NCBI GenBank assembly: GCA_963764725.1
Contig: CAVXTM010000015.1
Span: 313,209 to 377,208 of the forward strand
Direction: 5' to 3'
DNA from: an uncultured Gammaproteobacteria bacterium
GTDB lineage: Bacteria > Pseudomonadota > Gammaproteobacteria > JACCXJ01
DNA length: 64,000 nucleotides
The notes under the pieces are model-generated. The model worked only from the letters and a program-made list of their open reading frames with translations, was not told where the DNA came from and searched no databases. Positions 36,701 to 46,622 of the stretch are shown piece after piece; the stretch's first letter is position 1, and each line of letters begins with the position of its first letter. The position numbers were made by a program, and so were the translations under genes.

Positions 36701-37185
36701 CCAAAGCGTCGCGGCGCCGCATACGCGGATTTCAGCGCGCGTGTGCGGGTGATGATGTCCTTCGCCATGCCTTCGATACCGAGCCGCTGGCCGTCCTCGG
36801 GCAGGTAGATCTTCTCCACCCCGTAGGCCTCGAGGGTCTTCGCTTCCTCGTCCGTGATGGTTCCTCCGCCTCCGGCAAAAACCCGGATCTCACCGGCGCC
36901 CGCGGCTTTCAAGGAATCCAGCAAATAACGGAAAAACTCCAGGTGCCCGCCCTGATAAGAGCTGACCGCGATCCCGTCGGCATCCTCTTGGAGCGCTGTG
37001 CGCACGATATCCTCGACGCCCCGGTTGTGGCCCAAATGCACCACTTCCGCGCCTTGGGCTTGCAACAAACGCCGGATGATGTTAATCGCCGCGTCATGGC
37101 CATCGAAAATGGAAGTCGCGGTGACGAAGCGCAGCGGCGCTTGGGCCACGAGCTTTGGGGAGGAGGGTTGAGTCATGCTTGCCAT
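33769..37185 (-). CDS. icmF: Fused isobutyryl-CoA mutase/GTPase chaperone (B12-dependent)
   Basis: FDGHDAAINI B12-binding domain; MeaB-like GTPase (GSGGSGKS, ETAGTGQ); mutase domain (RMFAGEG, GTVQADILKEDQAQN, HTNAYDEA); 1138 aa. Confidence 0.95.
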   Translation of the reverse strand: MASMTQPSSPKLVAQAPLRFVTATSIFDGHDAAINIIRRLLQAQGAEVVHLGHNRGVEDIVRTALQEDADGIAVSSYQGGHLEFFRYLLDSLKAAGAGEIRVFAGGGGTITDEEAKTLEAYGVEKIYLPEDGQRLGIEGMAKDIITRTRALKSAYAAPRRFGREDIRAVGRRLSLIETGLPFIPARRKRKDRNVPVVGVTGSGGSGKSTVIDELLGDCLRSFPTRAFAVIALDPTRQKSGGALLGDRLRMNFAADPRVFMRSMATRRRHLATNEILGDCVDFLKSLDFDLIIIETAGTGQGGTELVGLADVSLYVMTSDYGGPTQLEKIQMLDYADLIALNKCDARESQDALRDVRKQWRRNRNAFTLPDAQVPVYPTVASRVRDPGVAHLFYALCEQLDRLRSRDREPWTPLPGDRAAARVAQPLIPARRSRYLGEIAEQGRAETAAIEQQVRAASQAQGYYLSLQALADPQLPPPLKPYSGDLSQSNGDDALVRLRRCYQEALATLSPEAIAALEEWPQVRAQAEQERYAYSVRGAEITGDNATESLSHLRIPRLALPHYQDWGSLLRFLLKENLPGRYPYTAGVYPYRRGTEEPTRMFAGEGGPERTNRRFHYLAAGQTATRLSTAFDPIVLYGEDPDTRPDIYGRLGMSGVSVATLDDVKKLYSGFDLCDPATSVSMTINGPAPILLACFMNAAIDQQVEKYLRESGRWQEVEPRIAAVYQDLPRPQYRGLLPQGHDGLGLGLLGVSGGQWLDPETYARIRADTLARVRGTVQADILKEDQAQNECIFAIEFALRMMGDIQEFFIAHRVRNYYSVSVSGYHIAEAGANPLTQLAFTLANGFTLVEYYLGRGMAIDQFAPSLSFFFSNGMDPEYAVLGRVARRIWARALREIYRAGPRSQMLKYHVQTSGRSLHAREIEFNDIRTSLQALYAIYDNCNSLHTNAYDEAVTTPTEESARRALAIQLIINRELGLNYNENPLQGSFIIEELSDRLEEAVYEEFSRLSQRGGVLGAMETLYQRMKIQEESLYYEGRKQSGDLAIIGVNTFVREDAERRAMAGGLVRASEEEKRAQIEAVAGFKRQHADKAPQALKRLQEVIDAGGNTFAELMDTVRDCSLGQITQALYEVGGRYRRRM

Positions 37186-37303
37186 CGCACCTACCTGTCG
37201 GGAACTCTCTGTTTGCGGAGCGGTTTGGTTTGCAGACTAAGACCCCTCATCCCCGGCGGCGTTCCGGCAGAGGGTGACCACGCTCCCCGCCGCGACGGTC
37301 CGA

Positions 37304-37462
37304 TCACGCGCCGGCGGCGGCGCGCTCGGCGCGTTTGCGTTGGTGTTCGTTGAGGAGCTTCTTGCGCAGCCGGATGGCCTTGGGGGTGATCTCGACCAGC
37401 TCATCGTCGTCGATGAATTCGAGCGCCTGCTCCAGATCCAAGCGGATCGGCGGGGTCAGGAG
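37304..37462 (-). pseudogene. typA: Isolated 3' end of typA/bipA (left copy of the island-flanking duplication)
   Basis: [35 protein letters not shown]..; near-identical to 63691-63851. Confidence 0.88.
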
Positions 37463-37479
37463 CTGCATAGGCCAAACGC

Positions 37480-37508
37480 TTTACAATACTAACGTTCTCC
37501 GTTAGCAT
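37480..37508 (+). promoter_or_regulatory. sigma70-like promoter with inverted-repeat operator for higBA
   Basis: TTTACA-17 bp-TAGCAT overlapped by CTAACG-N5-CGTTAG. Confidence 0.65.
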
Positions 37509-37513
37509 CATGC

Positions 37514-37795
37514 GTGGCCATCATATCCTTTGCCTGTGCTGACACGGGGAACCTCTTCAATGGCAAGCGGGTCAGGCGTTTCGTAAACATTCAGACCGTT
37601 GCGATGCGCAAGCTCGCGATGCTCAATCGAGCAGCCACGCTGCAGGATCTCAGAGTTCCGCCAGGAAACAGATTGGAGGCGCTTGTGGGAGATCGTACAG
37701 GCCAACACAGCATTCGGATCAATGACCAGTTTCGAGTCTGTTTTGTGTGGTCGGCGGAAGGCCCTGCAGACGTCGAGATCGTTGACTATCACTGA
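37514..37795 (+). CDS. higB: HigB (RelE-family) toxin
   Basis: IISFAC..RKLAML..DLRVPPGNRLEALVGDR.GQHSIRINDQFRVCF.W..VEIVDYH. Confidence 0.93.
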   Translation: MAIISFACADTGNLFNGKRVRRFVNIQTVAMRKLAMLNRAATLQDLRVPPGNRLEALVGDRTGQHSIRINDQFRVCFVWSAEGPADVEIVDYH

Positions 37796-37807
37796 GCGAG
37801 CACCAAC

Positions 37808-38170
37808 ATGCGTAAGGTTCCCTATCCACATCCCGGTGAAATTCTCATGGAAGAATTCCTCAAACCCATGGGCATCACCCAGTATCGCCTCGCGAAGGAA
37901 ATCGAGGTTCCACAGCGTCGCATCGGAGAGATTGTTGCGGGCACTCGTGGCATCACAGCCGATACGGGCCTACGCCTTTCCCGGTTTTTCGGCATGTCCG
38001 AGGGCTTCTGGATTGGCTTGCAAATGGACTACGACGCAGCCTTGGCTAAGGACACCCTTACAAAGACTCTCGCAAAGATCAAGCCTTGGAGGCATGACGA
38101 GAATGATGGGATCGAGGCCCAACAAGGCGCTGCACCTGACCGAGGCCGCCGTTTTGGCTCCGCGCGGTAG
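37808..38170 (+). CDS. higA: HigA antitoxin (HTH); the ORF runs into the attC site
   Basis: HPGEILMEEFLKPMGITQYRLAK..ITADTGLRLSRFFG. Confidence 0.93.
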   Translation: MRKVPYPHPGEILMEEFLKPMGITQYRLAKEIEVPQRRIGEIVAGTRGITADTGLRLSRFFGMSEGFWIGLQMDYDAALAKDTLTKTLAKIKPWRHDENDGIEAQQGAAPDRGRRFGSAR

Positions 38171-38215
38171 TATGTCATTGCAGGCGGCCCCGGCAGGTGA
38201 GCTTGGTCGTTGAAG
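38117..38215 (+). mobile_element. Integron cassette recombination site attC
   Basis: R'' GCCCAAC ... CACCTGACCGAGGCCGCC / GGCGGCCCCGGCAGGTG imperfect palindrome ... R' GTTGAAG; 99 bp. Confidence 0.8.
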
Positions 38216-38351
38216 CTGTCGACAAACTCGTTTTTTATGTGTCTTGTGGTGGATCACCTACCCATGGCCCACGTAGACGCGTTTCTTCTGGAAGCTGTGA
38301 GCGATTATGGCAACGAACTTCATAGTAACTCACTTCCCGAACAGAGCTGAC

Positions 38352-39500
38352 TCACATTTTTCTGCATATTTCCTGATAGGATGCTGCTAGCGCCGTTGGC
38401 GTTCTGGAACTTCGGGCTTTCCGGAGGTTGAGCACCTGGCGATCGTAGTGGGACTTGTCAACTCTCTGCACTATGTGTTCGATAATTTCTTTTAACTCCA
38501 TCTCATTGTGGAACAAATAGCCGATATCGCCATGGGTCCTAAACATATTTTCGAATAGTGAAAGCCTTCTTGTAATCAAAGGTTTTCCCAAGCGAGGGCA
38601 TCTAGCATCGTTCCGCTTGGAGATAGCTCGTAATGTTCCGCATCATGAGGGAATATGATGAAGTGAAGTTTCTTTAGACCTTGGATAAAGTCTACTCTAC
38701 TTAAGCAAGTTACCCCCGGCTTGGTTGCCAGAGCGTCTATCTCCATCGTTGGATTTCTTTCCCCTGCGAATCTGCCAATAGCATGGAATTCCACTTGATC
38801 CTGATACTTTGCCTTCATTTCCTGTGCAAGCTTTACGAATAGTGAAAACCCCTTTGATTCATTTGCGCGTCCCAAAAATCCGAAGCGTATAGGCGTACTA
38901 AGATCATTAGTATTTAAACCTTCTTCATTGGGAGGAAGCGGGTGATCTAACGCTTCAACCTTTCCTGACAAGCAGGGAAGATTTTTCAAAAGGACATCGC
39001 GGATGCATTCTTCCAGCGCCAGGTATTGAATGTTGCGATTCCCAAATAAAGTTAAGGCGGTCTTCATATCCCGAAACCGGTAAGGGCGTTTATAACGCCT
39101 GCCGACTATCCCACTGAGACCATCATGCAGTATCACTTGCACACTTATGCCTCGAAATTGGCAGAGTTTCACCAGTGCCATTACTGTAGATGGACATACG
39201 GAGGTGAAAATGAAATGGCCCCGCGAACCTCGAGGGAAAGTTCGTAGCAGGTTTTCGATAATTTTCACTTCGCAAAAAGGCGCCCAAAGTAGCCAAGGCT
39301 TCCGTCTAATGGGAGAATGTCTACCCATGAGATCGACTCGCTACGGCAAGCAGCTGCTTTTTGAGCTCCACAAGGCGCGGGCACGAAGGAGCGACTCATT
39401 CCTCTGGGAAAGCGTTCGTGCATCCAAGGACAGTCATTGGAACATGTCCACAATCACTGAATCCTAGCTCAACAGAATCAAGCAGCCCTCTGCTCGGTAG
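38352..39500 (-). pseudogene. GT-B (GT4-like) glycosyltransferase, frameshifted, AT-rich
   Basis: FGFLGRANESKGF, YELSPSGTMLDAL, KPLI..; split over at least three frames. Confidence 0.7.
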
Positions 39501-39589
39501 TAGGCGTGTGAGGGTCGAATGTGAACTGAGTGTACGGTATCTCGGTAGCCTGATCATCCTGGAGGACAAGCGCGGCTCCTGGTGGCAGC

Positions 39590-39950
39590 CCGAGCCCGAG
39601 TCGTGCTGCAACTCAAAATCCCCTACCACGACGGTACCACGCATGTCGTGATGGAAAGCCAGGCCCAGGGAGTGGCCCTGCTTGGCGCCCTGAGGACGGA
39701 ACACCTGGAATTCAGATGCAGCGCCAAGCTCCGTCCCCAGATCATCCCGAGCGCCCCGGTCAACGCCACTGACAGCCCCCTTCGGTCCGCACTCGCGCGC
39801 AACCCTACAACGCCCCGAAACGCCGCGCCTCCGGCTCATGAATAGCTCGACAATTTCCCCGTCCTGGACCGACCACCCGCGTCATTGACAGCGGACAGGT
39901 TCAGCAGTAGTTTCCCTTAGCGGTAAAAGATGCGTTTGAAAACCCTACTC
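39590..39950 (+). mobile_element. IS91/ISCR-family remnant (transposase 3' pieces and oriIS-like end)
   Basis: VVLQLK.PYHDGTTHVVME-HLEF, AKLRPQIIP; end motif GCGTTTGAAAACCCTAC. Confidence 0.7.
39657..39701 (+). repeat. 45-bp hairpin insertion element, copy 1
   Basis: Reverse complement matches 51157-51201 at 40/45 positions; adds 15 codons between ME and HLEF. Confidence 0.85.
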
Positions 39951-40197
39951 GCGGACGGACCCAAAATCGACAAGGTACTTGTTACACCTCTTACTAAATC
40001 ACCGGACGAATCGCAAGACTCTACGGGTTGTTAAAACCGGAAGTGATACCTAGCCCCGACCCAGGCTCTGGATAAGATCGGCTCCCGGCGGGTGTTGAGC
40101 TTGTCATGGAGAGGGAATTCGGGTGAGCGCGGTACTGTGTCCATCGCGGCTTCGGATGATGATCCAGATCAGATTTGACTGCGAGGGGCACGTTATC

Positions 40198-41454
40198 ATG
40201 TTTCCAAAAAAGCGCGCGACAACCGTCGTGATCATAGTGCGTTGCGCAGCCCTTGGAGTTTTCCTGTTGCTCGAGCCGACCGCAACAGCCGGGGAACACG
40301 CGGAGGGCGGTTCGCCATCGGGGCTGGCGGGGCTGGTGGACAAGGCTTTGGCGCGCAGCCCAAACCTTCAGGTGCTCGAGGCGCGGCTGAACGAAGCGCA
40401 CGCCCTCCAGCGCCAGGCCGAAAGCTTCTGGGCCGGTGATCTGGCCATCGGTCTTCGGCACAATAACGATGGTTTCATGGATCAAGAGGGCTTGCAGGAA
40501 TGGGAATGGGGGATAGAACTTCCTCTTTGGCTGCCTGGCCAGAAACGCGCCCGCGAGCGCGTTGCAGAACAGGCGGGGCAGGCTGCCGAGAACGCCTCTG
40601 TGGCCTTGAAGCTCATTGTTGCAGGGCTCGTGCGCGAGGCCGTTTGGGAGATGGCCCTGGGTGAAAACCAGGCACAGATCGCTGAGCGTGAATGGAACAC
40701 TGCGGCGCGTCTGGAACAAGACGTTACAAAGCGTGTACGGTACGGCGAACTAGCGCGCACGGATCTGATTTTGGCGAGCCAAGAGACTCTACTGAAGCAG
40801 GCCAGTCATCGGAGATCGGTCAGTGATTACCAAAATGCCTTGCATCGATTTCAGGTCCTTACCGGTGCATCGGCAATGCCCGCACGATATTCCGAGGAAC
40901 CGAAGTCCCTTCGTGCCATCACAGACGGGCATCCCTTGCTGGCCGAAGCGCAGGCGGGGGTGGCACGTGCGATGGCCGAGCGCGAACAGGCCCAACGCGA
41001 GCGCTGGGCGAGTCCCACTCTCACGCTCGGAACTCGTCATGAGCGAGCGGAGGATGGTGAGGACTACGCCGACAGCCTCACCGCAATCTTGCGCGTCCCC
41101 TTGGGCCTCGCCTCTCAAACGACGCCGGCAATCGCTCGAGCCGAGCTTGCACTTGCCGAGGCCGAGAGTGGGCGCGACCGCCTGCGCAGGCGCCTGCAGC
41201 TCGCTTTGGACCGGACCCTGCGCGAGGTCGATACCACACGCGCCGAGCTAGCGCTCGCCGAGATGCAGGACAAGCTGGCCAAGGAAAACCTCAAACTCAC
41301 ACAGCGAGCATTTGCCCTGGGGGAGGCGGATCTCGTAAGCCTCATCCGGGTACAAAGTCAGGCCTTCGCCGCGCAGCGCAGCTTTCGTCAAATGCGATTT
41401 GAGCTAGGCCGCGCAGTCGCGCGCTTGAATCAGGCCCTGGGGAACCTTCCGTGA
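40198..41454 (+). CDS. czcC: TolC/CzcC-family outer-membrane efflux protein
   Basis: Signal-like N-terminus, ALARSPNL, IELPLW, Ala/Gln-rich helices; first gene of the RND operon. Confidence 0.85.
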   Translation: MFPKKRATTVVIIVRCAALGVFLLLEPTATAGEHAEGGSPSGLAGLVDKALARSPNLQVLEARLNEAHALQRQAESFWAGDLAIGLRHNNDGFMDQEGLQEWEWGIELPLWLPGQKRARERVAEQAGQAAENASVALKLIVAGLVREAVWEMALGENQAQIAEREWNTAARLEQDVTKRVRYGELARTDLILASQETLLKQASHRRSVSDYQNALHRFQVLTGASAMPARYSEEPKSLRAITDGHPLLAEAQAGVARAMAEREQAQRERWASPTLTLGTRHERAEDGEDYADSLTAILRVPLGLASQTTPAIARAELALAEAESGRDRLRRRLQLALDRTLREVDTTRAELALAEMQDKLAKENLKLTQRAFALGEADLVSLIRVQSQAFAAQRSFRQMRFELGRAVARLNQALGNLP

Positions 41455-42548
41455 CCACCTCCCGGCTGATTGGCGCCGCACTGGTTTTGATGACGTGTCC
41501 AGCCCTCCAGGCCGGCTCACCAATCGTGATGAGCCAGCAACAACAGCAGGATGCCGGGGTCGCGGTTGCAGTCCCGGAGCCGGCCGAGCACGCATACGGC
41601 GAGCCTTTGCCGGCTAAGGTTGTGGTGCCGAATGCGCAATTGCGTGTGGTGAGCGCCATGCAAGGCGGTCTTGTCGAAATCTTGTTGGTTGCGGTCGGCG
41701 AAAAGGTTGTGAAGGGCCAGGTCCTGGCTCGGATCCAGAGCCCCGAGCTGATCAGGCTGCAAGGGAATTTCCTGCAGGCTCGGATCCAGTTGCACTTGGC
41801 GAGGAGCAATCTCAGTCGCGATACCCAGCTCCATCGCGAAGGTATTATTCCCGAGCGGCGCCTTCAAGAGACGCGTGGGACTTATCAGGAGCTCAATACG
41901 GTTCAAGAACTGCGACGCCAAAGCCTGTTGCTCGCGGGCATGGACTCAAGCGAGATTGCGAACCTCGAGTCCGGTCGGCAGCTAATGAGCACCCTTGTGC
42001 TCCGTTCGCCTCTCGACGGAGTCGTGCTGGAGCAGTTAGCCGTTGCCGGCCAGCGCGTGGAAGCGGCGACCCCCTTGTATCGGGTCGCCGATCTCGATCC
42101 TCTGTGGATCGAGATTCACACCCCGATTGAGAAGGTAGTCCGCGTCGCCGTGGGCGATCCGGTGCTTATCCCTGCGCACGACGTCAGAGGTCGGGTCACT
42201 ACCATCGGGCGCGATGTCCACGAGGCGGACCAAGGGGTGTTGGTCCGCGCTGAGGTGACCGAGGGGACGGAGCACCTACACCCCGGCGAATTCATTCAGG
42301 TACAGATTGCCAATGCCGAGGGCGCCGACGAGCGGTACCGTGTCGCGCGCACGGCGGTGATCCATGAAGGGCGCAAGGCCTTCGTGTTTATGAAGACCGA
42401 GGATGGATTTAGCCCCCACGAGGTCGATATCGCGGGCGACGAAGGCGAGCACCTCGTCATCGTAGCCCGCCTGCCACGCGCGACCGCTATTGCCATCAGC
42501 GGGACGGCTGTGCTGAAGGCGGCACTGAGTGGCGAGGGCGGCGACTGA
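41451..42548 (+). CDS. czcB: RND periplasmic adaptor (CzcB-like)
   Basis: GEKVVKGQVLARIQSPEL, LRSPLDGVV, ADLDPLWIE. Confidence 0.88.
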   Translation: MTTSRLIGAALVLMTCPALQAGSPIVMSQQQQQDAGVAVAVPEPAEHAYGEPLPAKVVVPNAQLRVVSAMQGGLVEILLVAVGEKVVKGQVLARIQSPELIRLQGNFLQARIQLHLARSNLSRDTQLHREGIIPERRLQETRGTYQELNTVQELRRQSLLLAGMDSSEIANLESGRQLMSTLVLRSPLDGVVLEQLAVAGQRVEAATPLYRVADLDPLWIEIHTPIEKVVRVAVGDPVLIPAHDVRGRVTTIGRDVHEADQGVLVRAEVTEGTEHLHPGEFIQVQIANAEGADERYRVARTAVIHEGRKAFVFMKTEDGFSPHEVDIAGDEGEHLVIVARLPRATAIAISGTAVLKAALSGEGGD

Positions 42549-45500
42549 TGCTCGCAAGAACCGTTCGCTTCGCCTTAACGCAACCGCTTTTGATGCTACT
42601 TTGCACCGCATTGGTCGCCGGAAGCGGTTGGGTGTCCTTTCGCGACTTGCCCATCGACGCGTTCCCGGATGTCTCCACCACTCAAGTCAAGATAATCGTA
42701 AAGGCACCCGGTATGACGCCCGAAGAGATAGAGAGCCGGATCACTGCCCCCGTCGAAGTCGAAATGCTCGGCATCCCCAAGCAAACCATGTTGCGCTCAA
42801 TCTCGAAGTACGCGCTCGCCGACATCACCGTGGACTTTCGAGAGGACACTGACATTTTTTGGGCACGTCAGCAGGTCGCCGAGCGTCTCAATGCCATTTG
42901 GGACGAGTTGCCCCCGGAGGTCTCGGGAGGCATTGCCCCCATGACCACGCCTCTCGGCGAGATGTTCATGTTCACCGTCGAGGGCAGCGAACTTTCGCTT
43001 ACGGAGCGTCGCACCCTGCTCGATTGGGTTATTCGCCCCGCGCTACGCACCGTCCCGGGCGTCGCTGATGTCAATGCCCTTGGCGGCTTCGTGCGTTCCT
43101 TCGAGGTCATTCCCGATCCCGCCCGCATGCTTGCTCAAGGCGTGAACCTTGATACTCTGCAAGAGGCGGTCACGACCAACAATCGCAATGACGGTGCGGG
43201 AAGGCTCATCGACGGCGAGGAGGTGTTGTTGGTCCGGAGCGAAGGCAGCATTCAGTCGCTTGGGGATCTCGGCTCGATCGTAGTCAAGCATCATGCGGTC
43301 GAACCGGTGCGCTTGCGCGATGTCGCCGAGGTGCGTCTAGGTGCCATCACGCGCTACGGCGCAGTGAGCCGCGATGGCCGTGCCGAGGCCGTCGAAGGAC
43401 TGGTGTTGGGCTTGCGCGGTGCAAATGCGGGCGAATTAGTGCGCGGCGTGCGCGCGAAGCTTGAGGAGCTTAAACCGGTGTTACCCGCCGGGGTGCATAT
43501 TCGGACCTTTTATGATCGCGGTGATCTGGTGGACCGCGCGGTCGCCACCGTCTCCAAGGCGTTGGCAGAGGCGATCGTGCTCGTCATCCTATTGTTAATC
43601 TTGTTCCTCGGCGACTTGCGCGCCTCGCTGACCGTAGCGCTCACGCTCCCCCTGGCAGCGCTCAGCACCTTTATTCTGATGCGCCAGTTTGACATGTCTG
43701 CAAACCTCATGAGCCTTGGAGGGCTTGCCATCGCCATTGGCATGTTGGTCGATGCCGCCGTCGTCGTCGTCGAAAACGTCGTCTCGAGGCTTGCGCGGTC
43801 CGAGGACAGCGGCCGGCGGCCCCGACTCCATCGGATCTATGCTGCGGTACGCGAGGTCGCAACGCCGGTCGCAACCGGGATCCTCATCATTATGGTCGTG
43901 TTCGTGCCGCTCCTCACGTTGGAAGGGTTAGAAGGGAAGCTCTTTGCGCCCGTAGCGATCACGATCATGTTCGCCCTTGGTGCTTCTCTGGCGCTCTCAC
44001 TCACGGTGATCCCGGTGCTCGCCTCTTACCTGCTCGGTGAGGCGCGGCACACGGAACCCTGGCTCGTGAGGCTCTTGCGTGCTGCTTACGCGCCCCTCTT
44101 GCGCTGGTCGCTCGGGCACTTCCGCTTGGTATTCTCCGGTGCCCTGTTGTCTCTGGTCGTCGCGGCCGGGCTTTACGCCAACCTCGGCAAAACGTTCATG
44201 CCGATCATGGATGAGGGCAACATCATCGTCCAGCTCGAGAAGCTTCCCTCAATCAGCCTCGACGAATCGGTGCAACTCGACTTGCGTGTGCAACGTGCGT
44301 TGCTCGATCGGATCCCCGAGATCACCGAGGCCGTGGCCCGCACGGGCTCGGACGAGATCGGGCTCGATCCCATGGGACTCAATCAAACCGACACCTTCAT
44401 GGTTCTGAAACCGAGGGAGGAATGGCGGGATGGCGACAAGAGCACTCTCATCGAGGCTATGCGACAGGTGCTGGAAGGTTTTCCCGGCCTCGTCTACGCC
44501 TTTACCCAACCGATCGAGATGCGCGTATCGGAGATGCTGACCGGCGTACGCGGGGATGTGGCCATCAAGCTCTTCGGCCCCGATTTGGCCGTGCTCAATG
44601 ATAAGAGCGAGACGATCGTCGGACTCTTGAGAACGATCCGCGGGGCGGAGGATGTCTACACCGCCAAGAACGAGGGCGTGCAATATCTCAAGGTTGTCAT
44701 CGACCGTCTCGCGGTGGGTCGCATGGGCCTCTCGGTCGAAACAATCCAGGAAACCCTGCGCGCCTTGATCGAGGGCCGGCGCATCGGCACCGTCTACGAG
44801 GGGCCGCGCCGTACGCCGCTCGTTATCCGTAGCGGCACGGAGCTAAGGGCCTCGCCCGCCGCGTTCACAAATCTGTTGCTCACCCTCCCCGAGGGCCGCA
44901 ACGTGCCGCTCGCCATGATGGCGAGGCTCGAGCGTGTGGATGGGCCGGTGGTCATTGCGCGCGAGCATGGGAGCCGCATGGCGGTCGTGATCGCCAATGT
45001 CGCCGGACGTGATCTCGTCGGCTTTGTCGACGAAGCCAAGCGAAAGATCAAAGAGGGTCTCACGCTTCCGACGGGATATTATCTCCAATGGGGCGGCCAG
45101 TTCGAGAACCAGCAGCGCGCTGCGGCTAGGCTAGCGGTCGTGGTGCCGGTTGCCCTTGGGCTTATTTTCTTCCTCTTGTTCACGAGCTTTCGGTCCGTGG
45201 GTCAAGCGCTTCTGGTGCTATCCAACATCCCTTTTGCCCTAGTGGGCGGCGTGGTGGCCCTCTGGCTTTTCGGCGAGTATTTGTCCGTTCCGGCCTCCGT
45301 GGGATTCATCGCGCTTCTTGGGATCGCGGTCTTGAACGGTGTGGTGCTGGTGAGCTATTTCAACCAACTGCGTGCGCTCGGTTTGGATCTTAGCCAGCTC
45401 GTCATCCAGGGTGCCGAGCGTCGGCTGAGGCCGGTCTTGATGACGGCGAGCATCGCAGCCTGTGGGCTCCTGCCCATGCTCTTTGCCAGGGGGCCCGGAT

Positions 45501-45622
45501 CGGAGATCCAGCGTCCGCTTGCCATTGTAGTCATAGGTGGATTGGTGACCTCAACTCTCCTCACGCTATTGCTCCTGCCGAGCCTCTACCAGAGGTTCGG
45601 CGCATTTTGGCAGCGCCCATGA
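42548..45622 (+). CDS. czcA: CusA/CzcA heavy-metal efflux RND permease
   Basis: LPIDAFPDVS, ANLMSLGGLAIAIGMLVDAAVVVVEN, RLRPVLMTA; 1024 aa. Confidence 0.95.
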   Translation: MLARTVRFALTQPLLMLLCTALVAGSGWVSFRDLPIDAFPDVSTTQVKIIVKAPGMTPEEIESRITAPVEVEMLGIPKQTMLRSISKYALADITVDFREDTDIFWARQQVAERLNAIWDELPPEVSGGIAPMTTPLGEMFMFTVEGSELSLTERRTLLDWVIRPALRTVPGVADVNALGGFVRSFEVIPDPARMLAQGVNLDTLQEAVTTNNRNDGAGRLIDGEEVLLVRSEGSIQSLGDLGSIVVKHHAVEPVRLRDVAEVRLGAITRYGAVSRDGRAEAVEGLVLGLRGANAGELVRGVRAKLEELKPVLPAGVHIRTFYDRGDLVDRAVATVSKALAEAIVLVILLLILFLGDLRASLTVALTLPLAALSTFILMRQFDMSANLMSLGGLAIAIGMLVDAAVVVVENVVSRLARSEDSGRRPRLHRIYAAVREVATPVATGILIIMVVFVPLLTLEGLEGKLFAPVAITIMFALGASLALSLTVIPVLASYLLGEARHTEPWLVRLLRAAYAPLLRWSLGHFRLVFSGALLSLVVAAGLYANLGKTFMPIMDEGNIIVQLEKLPSISLDESVQLDLRVQRALLDRIPEITEAVARTGSDEIGLDPMGLNQTDTFMVLKPREEWRDGDKSTLIEAMRQVLEGFPGLVYAFTQPIEMRVSEMLTGVRGDVAIKLFGPDLAVLNDKSETIVGLLRTIRGAEDVYTAKNEGVQYLKVVIDRLAVGRMGLSVETIQETLRALIEGRRIGTVYEGPRRTPLVIRSGTELRASPAAFTNLLLTLPEGRNVPLAMMARLERVDGPVVIAREHGSRMAVVIANVAGRDLVGFVDEAKRKIKEGLTLPTGYYLQWGGQFENQQRAAARLAVVVPVALGLIFFLLFTSFRSVGQALLVLSNIPFALVGGVVALWLFGEYLSVPASVGFIALLGIAVLNGVVLVSYFNQLRALGLDLSQLVIQGAERRLRPVLMTASIAACGLLPMLFARGPGSEIQRPLAIVVIGGLVTSTLLTLLLLPSLYQRFGAFWQRP

Positions 45623-45918
45623 CCGACTGTGTCCTTGTATTGGTCGTGCCTCCGAACGTGGAGGGTCCTTTGGTCGATTGGTTGCTCGAACGGGTCCCCG
45701 CCTTCAGTAGCTTTCCGATCGCGGGCCACAGCTCGGCGCACCAGGGCCTAAGCCTCAGCGAACAGGTCGAAGGTCGCCAAGAGCAGTTGCTCTTTTGGAT
45801 TCATCTGCCGATTGCCGAGGCCGAACAGGTTACCAAAGACATCTCTGCGCAATTCGATCATGTCAAGCTCCATTATTGGATCCTACCAGTTGCGGCAGCG
45901 GGTCGCACTGGCGAGTGA
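45619..45918 (+). CDS. DUF3240-like (PII-like) protein accompanying czcA
   Basis: [27 protein letters not shown]; ATGA overlap with czcA. Confidence 0.78.
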   Translation: MTDCVLVLVVPPNVEGPLVDWLLERVPAFSSFPIAGHSSAHQGLSLSEQVEGRQEQLLFWIHLPIAEAEQVTKDISAQFDHVKLHYWILPVAAAGRTGE

Positions 45919-45989
45919 CACGGCGGTGAATGACTGGACACGTGCACCTTATGTTGCTCAAAGACGAATTAAAGCAAGTTCCAAGGCCC

Positions 45990-46245
45990 TCGTGGAGACA
46001 ATCCCGGATCACCTGGCCATGGACCTCGAGGGTCTCATTGGCCTCCTCGAGGGTATCGAGGGGGGTCGGGTGCGGGTCCTCTCCCGCGATCTCACCGGCC
46101 CCTCGCCGCTCGCCCAGGAGGTTCTGAGCGCCCGGCCCTACGCCTTCTTCGATGATGCGCCGCTCGAGGAGCGACGCACCCAGGCGGTCGTAGCCCGCCG
46201 CTGGTTGGACCCAAGCTCAGCTTCAGAGCTTGCACGGCTCGATCC
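45990..46245 (+). pseudogene. Internal fragment of an Lhr-type helicase
   Basis: [37 protein letters not shown]. Confidence 0.75.
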
Positions 46246-46355
46246 CCATCCCGTGTTGCTCACGCCGGTCTTGCAAATCCTCCACCGGGTCATTTCCGGA
46301 TTTCTCATCAAGCAGGCGGGGCTCAAGCGTAACCAAGCCGATACCGGTGCCGTTA
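46246..46355 (+). mobile_element. IS91-family transposase internal fragment
   Basis: [34 protein letters not shown]. Confidence 0.6.
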
Positions 46356-46622
46356 CGCGTTATGTCGCACTAGGCATCGCTGTTCCAGTATCAGAATCCA
46401 TTACGCCTGTCACTGGATATGCTTTAACGGCGACGCGGCCAGAAAACCCTTAAGCGCGGCAAGCCGAGCCTGCGTGGTTTCCCACATCCAATTGGGAATA
46501 TTTATCACGTCGGTGTCGCCACTGGATATCTTGAATACCAGGCAATGCACTGCGGGAGAAATTTCAATAGATGGCATAATATGCTCACCCGGCTCGTACT
46601 ATTCCACCCTTGGGTTGTAAGT

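Noticed and set aside
37186-37303. Cobalamin riboswitch upstream of icmF
   Set aside because: No B12-box or other recognisable conserved elements.
39950-40197. NiCo riboswitch upstream of czcC
   Set aside because: The conserved motifs were not found.
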